A stretch of DNA of 64,000 nt from a virus (taxonomy: Duplodnaviria > Caudoviricetes), in IMG/VR virus record IMGVR_UViG_3300043104_000334. One strand, written 5' to 3'. The translations under genes were made by a program, and so were the position numbers. The notes under the pieces were generated by a model. It had not been told where the DNA came from and did not search any database. It was given only the letters and a program-made list of their open reading frames with translations. Shown here in pieces: positions 60,304 to 64,000 of the stretch. How positions within the stretch are numbered: the stretch's first letter is position 1; the number at the start of each line of letters is the position of its first letter.

Positions 60304-60963
60304 TCAATTATAATCACTAAGCAACGCATTACACGTTTTTACTGAGTCAGCATAGAGATTATCATAAAATGATTTATCTCTGATGACTAGCGGTAAGAGA
60401 TAATCTTTCACCATCGTATCATCGTTAACACGTTCTGTTGCAACTTCAATTTCATGTGGCACAACATTTATCAACTCAGAAGCACCACTCACATTATCCG
60501 GATTAATCGTACTTACATCTGGTAATGTATAAGAATAAGTACGCAAATCAGATAAGACAAGTAGTGTAACTTGTTCTGCGGTTGGTATAATCATTTTACC
60601 CTCGCTTGTAAATAATGAGTAATGTCCATCCTGCAACGACTCAATTATCTTATTATATGCCACATTAAAAATATTATCTGTGATAAGATGCGTAAGGACC
60701 CCTTTACCCATGTCAGTATTAAGCATCTCACGATATTCATCAAGATACTCATCATAAGCTGGTTCACCCATGAGCTTCTCAGGAGTTCTTTCCACAAAGT
60801 GTAATTTGTCCTTTAACTCTGGTTTTCGTAACCAAACCTCTTTAATCCATGGAGCGTCAGGCAATACTGCACCAAATAAGTATTCATCCTTATTCTCAAT
60901 ATTCAGGTCTCTATTTCTAGCAATTTCCTCTGCGACTGCTATGTGTAATCTCCAATTAGGCAT
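60304..60963 (-). CDS. Zinc-dependent phospholipase C family protein
   Basis: MP...H, GAVLPD, LHF, G.LTHLITD motifs. Confidence 0.75.
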   Translation of the reverse strand: MPNWRLHIAVAEEIARNRDLNIENKDEYLFGAVLPDAPWIKEVWLRKPELKDKLHFVERTPEKLMGEPAYDEYLDEYREMLNTDMGKGVLTHLITDNIFNVAYNKIIESLQDGHYSLFTSEGKMIIPTAEQVTLLVLSDLRTYSYTLPDVSTINPDNVSGASELINVVPHEIEVATERVNDDTMVKDYLLPLVIRDKSFYDNLYADSVKTCNALLSDYN

Positions 60964-61065
60964 TATAGCCTCCTAACTGTCCAATCAACAAAGTACATAC
61001 GTAAACATATCTTATAAGATTGAACTATATTTTATTTACAGGATAGTATATTAACATATTAAGGA

Positions 61066-61278
61066 CTACTTATCAGACTTAAGAGCATTCCTTAATCTTT
61101 TTAAGAATGAACGTTCATACCTTTTCTTTACGCAATATATAGTATACAGTCCATCTTTATACATGGACTGATTATAAATGCATACGCCACATTTGTTACA
61201 ACCAAAGTAACACATGTCAGTAGAACAGTCTATTCTTTCATCAGATTTTATATAGGTACAACTTTCCTGTTTTATCAT
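61066..61278 (-). CDS. Small Cys-rich protein
   Basis: C..C...C..C..C cluster; overlaps the AAA gene end; start may be internal. Confidence 0.45.
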   Translation of the reverse strand: MIKQESCTYIKSDERIDCSTDMCYFGCNKCGVCIYNQSMYKDGLYTIYCVKKRYERSFLKRLRNALKSDK

Positions 61279-62125
61279 CTATACCAACCTTTACACGTAA
61301 AGAGTCCATAAAGAAATTATAAATGTCTGATTCGTTAATCTGTTCACTACCCTGTATGATTGCAATCTTCTCAGCGCGCTCAACCCAAGTTTCAATCTCG
61401 TAGTAAGATAAGGCTGTATACTCACGTGCATGATAAAGAAGAATCTCTTTTATATCTCCCTGCATATCATTGTTTAAGGTGAATGCTGGAAGCATAAACT
61501 TTCGTATTGTATCCTCAAGATTTTCAAGAGGCGGAATTTCAAATTTAAGTTTCACGTTAAAACGACGAATAAAAGCTGGGTCAAGTTCTGTATACAGGTT
61601 TGTAGCCGCAACAAATATACACTCAGGATTCATCCTATCTAATAACTGAAATAGAGCATTGTTTGCTCTTCGTACGTTGGGGTCCTCTGGGACAGACTTA
61701 TCAGACCTGTCCCTAGCAATAGCATCACACTCATCCAAAAAGATGATTGCTTTACCAATATGATTCCCTAACTTGAATATATCCTCTAAGGCCACAGCAG
61801 CGTTTCCAGTTGATAAAGCATTAGCAATATCAATAGCCAACAGTTCGTAATTAAAATTTGCTGCTAAGCACTTTGTAAGGAATGTCTTACCAGTACCGGA
61901 CGCACCGTAGTTAATCATCCGGTTTACTGGCTTAAGACCATAATGAATAAACTTATCTTTATACTCAGTCTCAACTAAGAAGTCATTCACTTTCTTTCTA
62001 TTCTCATCTGACAGGATTACAGAGTCCATTGTCAATCCTGATAAATCATCAGGTAGGCAATATCTGTTGTAAATATCTTGTAATTCATCTGATAATGAAT
62101 TATACAATTCAATGTTCATGTACAC
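61241..62125 (-). CDS. AAA+ ATPase (classical AAA clade)
   Basis: YGASGTGKT, IIFLDECD, AATN...LDPAFIRRF (SRH). Confidence 0.92.
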   Translation of the reverse strand: MYMNIELYNSLSDELQDIYNRYCLPDDLSGLTMDSVILSDENRKKVNDFLVETEYKDKFIHYGLKPVNRMINYGASGTGKTFLTKCLAANFNYELLAIDIANALSTGNAAVALEDIFKLGNHIGKAIIFLDECDAIARDRSDKSVPEDPNVRRANNALFQLLDRMNPECIFVAATNLYTELDPAFIRRFNVKLKFEIPPLENLEDTIRKFMLPAFTLNNDMQGDIKEILLYHAREYTALSYYEIETWVERAEKIAIIQGSEQINESDIYNFFMDSLRVKVGIDDKTGKLYLYKI

Positions 62126-62171
62126 CTCACAATATGTAACATAGTATAAGTGTATAGAATAAAGAATTGTT

Positions 62172-62744
62172 TTACTCTTTACACTTTGTAATAATTTCCT
62201 GCACTTTCAAAATCGGAGCATGGTGCTCTCTTGCAATATCTTCGATGGTCCAATGTGCTCTACGTAAAGCTAAGATACCGTCGATATCCATGCCGGCGTA
62301 GGCTTCATCTTCTTTTACCGAAGTAGAAGCAGAAGTAGAAACATTATTTCTTTTCTGCAGCTGAACTGTGATGCTCCTCTTAAGACCACTCGGTTTACGA
62401 TGCATTGTTCTTGCAATATCGAGAACATCCATACCTGAATCATAGAGGTCGAGTAACATCTTTATCTCGGCATCATTAAGCGGCCCATTCTTCAACTCTC
62501 CCGGCGCCGTAATCTCATCTTCTACTTTCTTTACCGTAGTACGCTTAAGTACCTCAGTTCCTTGTTTTTCAAATAACTTAAGATACGCTGCTTCAATCTG
62601 TGCGTAACAGTCTGCACAGAAATCCTTGGAAATCTTCTCCACTTTTTGACCACAGTTAACCCTCTGAGTGACAAGCTGTACAACATTGTTTCTATCACAC
62701 TTCTTACCACATCTATCACATGAATACGTAATATGTTTCATCAA
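62172..62744 (-). CDS. Zn-ribbon plus HTH putative DNA-binding protein
   Basis: CDRCG...DFCADC; G.DV.DIAR.M.R and W.IEDIARE HTH-like segments. Confidence 0.65.
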   Translation of the reverse strand: MMKHITYSCDRCGKKCDRNNVVQLVTQRVNCGQKVEKISKDFCADCYAQIEAAYLKLFEKQGTEVLKRTTVKKVEDEITAPGELKNGPLNDAEIKMLLDLYDSGMDVLDIARTMHRKPSGLKRSITVQLQKRNNVSTSASTSVKEDEAYAGMDIDGILALRRAHWTIEDIAREHHAPILKVQEIITKCKE

Positions 62745-62790
62745 TACTCTCCTTTATAAACAGACCTAGATAATTCTAGATTCTATTCCA

Positions 62791-62816
62791 TGGGGAGACA
62801 AATTGACATCTCCCCA
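62791..62816. terminator. Intergenic hairpin
   Basis: TGGGGAGA...TCTCCCCA. Confidence 0.5.
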
Positions 62817-62827
62817 GCTACAGTTTA

Positions 62828-63616
62828 TTATTTCTTGATTTTGAATTTGATTGTTCTTGTATTACCAGCTTTATCAGTTACCTTTAATGTATAAGACCCA
62901 GCCTTTGTTACTTTCTTACCAGTCTTTATCGTCTTACCATTTAAGGTTGCTTTCTTGATACCACTCGTTTCATCAGAAAACTTAATTGTCACAGCCTTTG
63001 AATACGTTTTCCCATTTTTAACCCCGGATACAGTTGGCTTTGTACTGTCAACCTTTACAGTAAATGTTTTCTTTGCATTCACTGTTTTAACGGTAACCTT
63101 ATGACTTCCATCGGACAATTTTACTGATACAGGTGTATCTGTATCTTTCACTTTTGCAGTCTTCCCATCAACCTTAACACTCTTGATTTCATCAACCGAA
63201 TCAATGTGAATAGTCTTTGTTTTGAGCCATCTAGATTTACATAACTCCTGAACACAAATAGTGTCAGTTGATTCAACTGTGTAGACATTGAGTTCTCCAG
63301 AATTCGTATTACTATCTGGATATGTATATGTCTCATGACCCGGTGTTAGCCATGGTGGTAATACTGGTGTATAGTCTGTTACCACACCTTCAGTTGGTTC
63401 AATGTAATCATACGGCGGATCCCACTCTTCATTACCCCAGTCATCATCATCTATTGCGGTTGACTCATCACAAGTTTCTTCATCCGCTGTTATAAGCTCA
63501 GTCGACTTCGTATCCTCTATGACACAGATATTATTTACTGTAGGACTACACTCTGTTCCATAACCCGGCAAGCATAATGCTGCAATGAGTATGGCTATTG
63601 AATTATACACTCTCAT
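62828..63616 (-). CDS. Secreted protein with C-terminal Ig-like domains
   Basis: Signal peptide; DSTKPTVSGV...SGIK...TDKAGN Ig-like motif. Confidence 0.75.
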   Translation of the reverse strand: MRVYNSIAILIAALCLPGYGTECSPTVNNICVIEDTKSTELITADEETCDESTAIDDDDWGNEEWDPPYDYIEPTEGVVTDYTPVLPPWLTPGHETYTYPDSNTNSGELNVYTVESTDTICVQELCKSRWLKTKTIHIDSVDEIKSVKVDGKTAKVKDTDTPVSVKLSDGSHKVTVKTVNAKKTFTVKVDSTKPTVSGVKNGKTYSKAVTIKFSDETSGIKKATLNGKTIKTGKKVTKAGSYTLKVTDKAGNTRTIKFKIKK

Positions 63617-63643
63617 TACATTAACCCCACTAACATTTGTATA

Positions 63644-63671
63644 CTCCCTAGTACGTAATTATACTAGGGAG
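63644..63671. terminator. Intergenic hairpin
   Basis: CTCCCTAGTA-8 nt-TACTAGGGAG. Confidence 0.55.
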
Positions 63672-63679
63672 CTTTGGTA

Positions 63680-64000
63680 CTATTTCTTCTTACTGGTCTT
63701 AGTCTTAGCCTTAGCTTTCTTGATAGTGAATTTCACTGTCTTGGTGTTGCCAGACTTGTCAGTGACCTTTAAGGTGTGAGAACCTTTCTTGGAAACGGTA
63801 TAGCCAGACTGTGCTTTCTTGACACTGATTTTCTTACCATCAAGAGTTACAGATTTAATACCAGACTGCTTATCACTTACTTTGAACTTAACAGACTTGG
63901 TGTATGTCTTGTTGTTCTTGATACCGGATACAGTTGGCTTGGTCGTATCCTGTGCCTTTAACTGTACTGCAAAGGATACACCGAACTTTTTTGTGAGATA
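63680..64000 (-). CDS. 3' end of an Ig-like-domain protein paralogous to 62828..63616 (5' end outside the window); not in ORF track
   Basis: Manual translation DTTKPTVSGIKNNKTY...SGIKSV...TDKSGNTKTVKFTIKKAKAKTKTSKKK*. Confidence 0.75.
   Translation of the reverse strand, partial: YLTKKFGVSFAVQLKAQDTTKPTVSGIKNNKTYTKSVKFKVSDKQSGIKSVTLDGKKISVKKAQSGYTVSKKGSHTLKVTDKSGNTKTVKFTIKKAKAKTKTSKKK

Larger units (their letters stand above)
1..64000 (-). mobile_element. Segment of a large Firmicutes extrachromosomal element (conjugative megaplasmid or phage-plasmid-like)
   Basis: Single-strand gene organisation, mostly hypothetical genes, own DnaB/DnaC/RNase H, VirB4-like ATPase, several cell-wall hydrolases; no housekeeping, capsid or terminase genes seen. 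Confidence 0.65.

Noticed and set aside
1-64000. Alternative genetic code, tRNA or rRNA genes
   Set aside because: Code 11 gives dense full-length ORFs ending in all three stop codons; no cloverleaf or rRNA-like sequence was seen in the short gaps

Overview
AT-rich, gene-dense 64 kb in which every credible gene lies on the minus strand with Firmicutes-type RBSs (GGAGG). It has no housekeeping genes and no capsid, terminase or integrase, so it most likely belongs to a large Clostridia-type (Lachnospiraceae-like, inferred) extrachromosomal element such as a conjugative megaplasmid or phage-plasmid. In transcription order (high to low coordinates) it carries: (1) Ig-like surface proteins, an AAA ATPase and a Zn-PLC-family protein; (2) very large membrane/SLH-like proteins (1800, 515 and 1946 aa) and degenerate MinD/ParA-like genes; (3) a 12.3 kb array of 11 hexapeptide-repeat (left-handed beta-helix, LbH) genes; (4) a VirB4-like ATPase; (5) four cassettes, each a membrane-anchored protein with a conserved N-terminus and a swapped cell-wall-hydrolase C-terminus, followed by a small acidic membrane partner with a shared YxxY[IV]..DT/ED motif; (6) a DnaC-like/RNase H/DnaB-like replication module and a stand-alone primase Zn finger; (7) several putative ADP-ribose 'eraser' enzymes (NADAR-like x3, TIGR02452 macrodomain, NUDIX) with no visible DarT toxin. 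The two strongest novelty candidates are the polymorphic hydrolase/partner cassettes next to VirB4, and a portable terminal peptide ([LI][LI]xAAxK[VAI]DT-like) at the N- or C-terminus of at least 13 proteins from several unrelated families. All family calls are from motif recognition by eye; no database searches were run.
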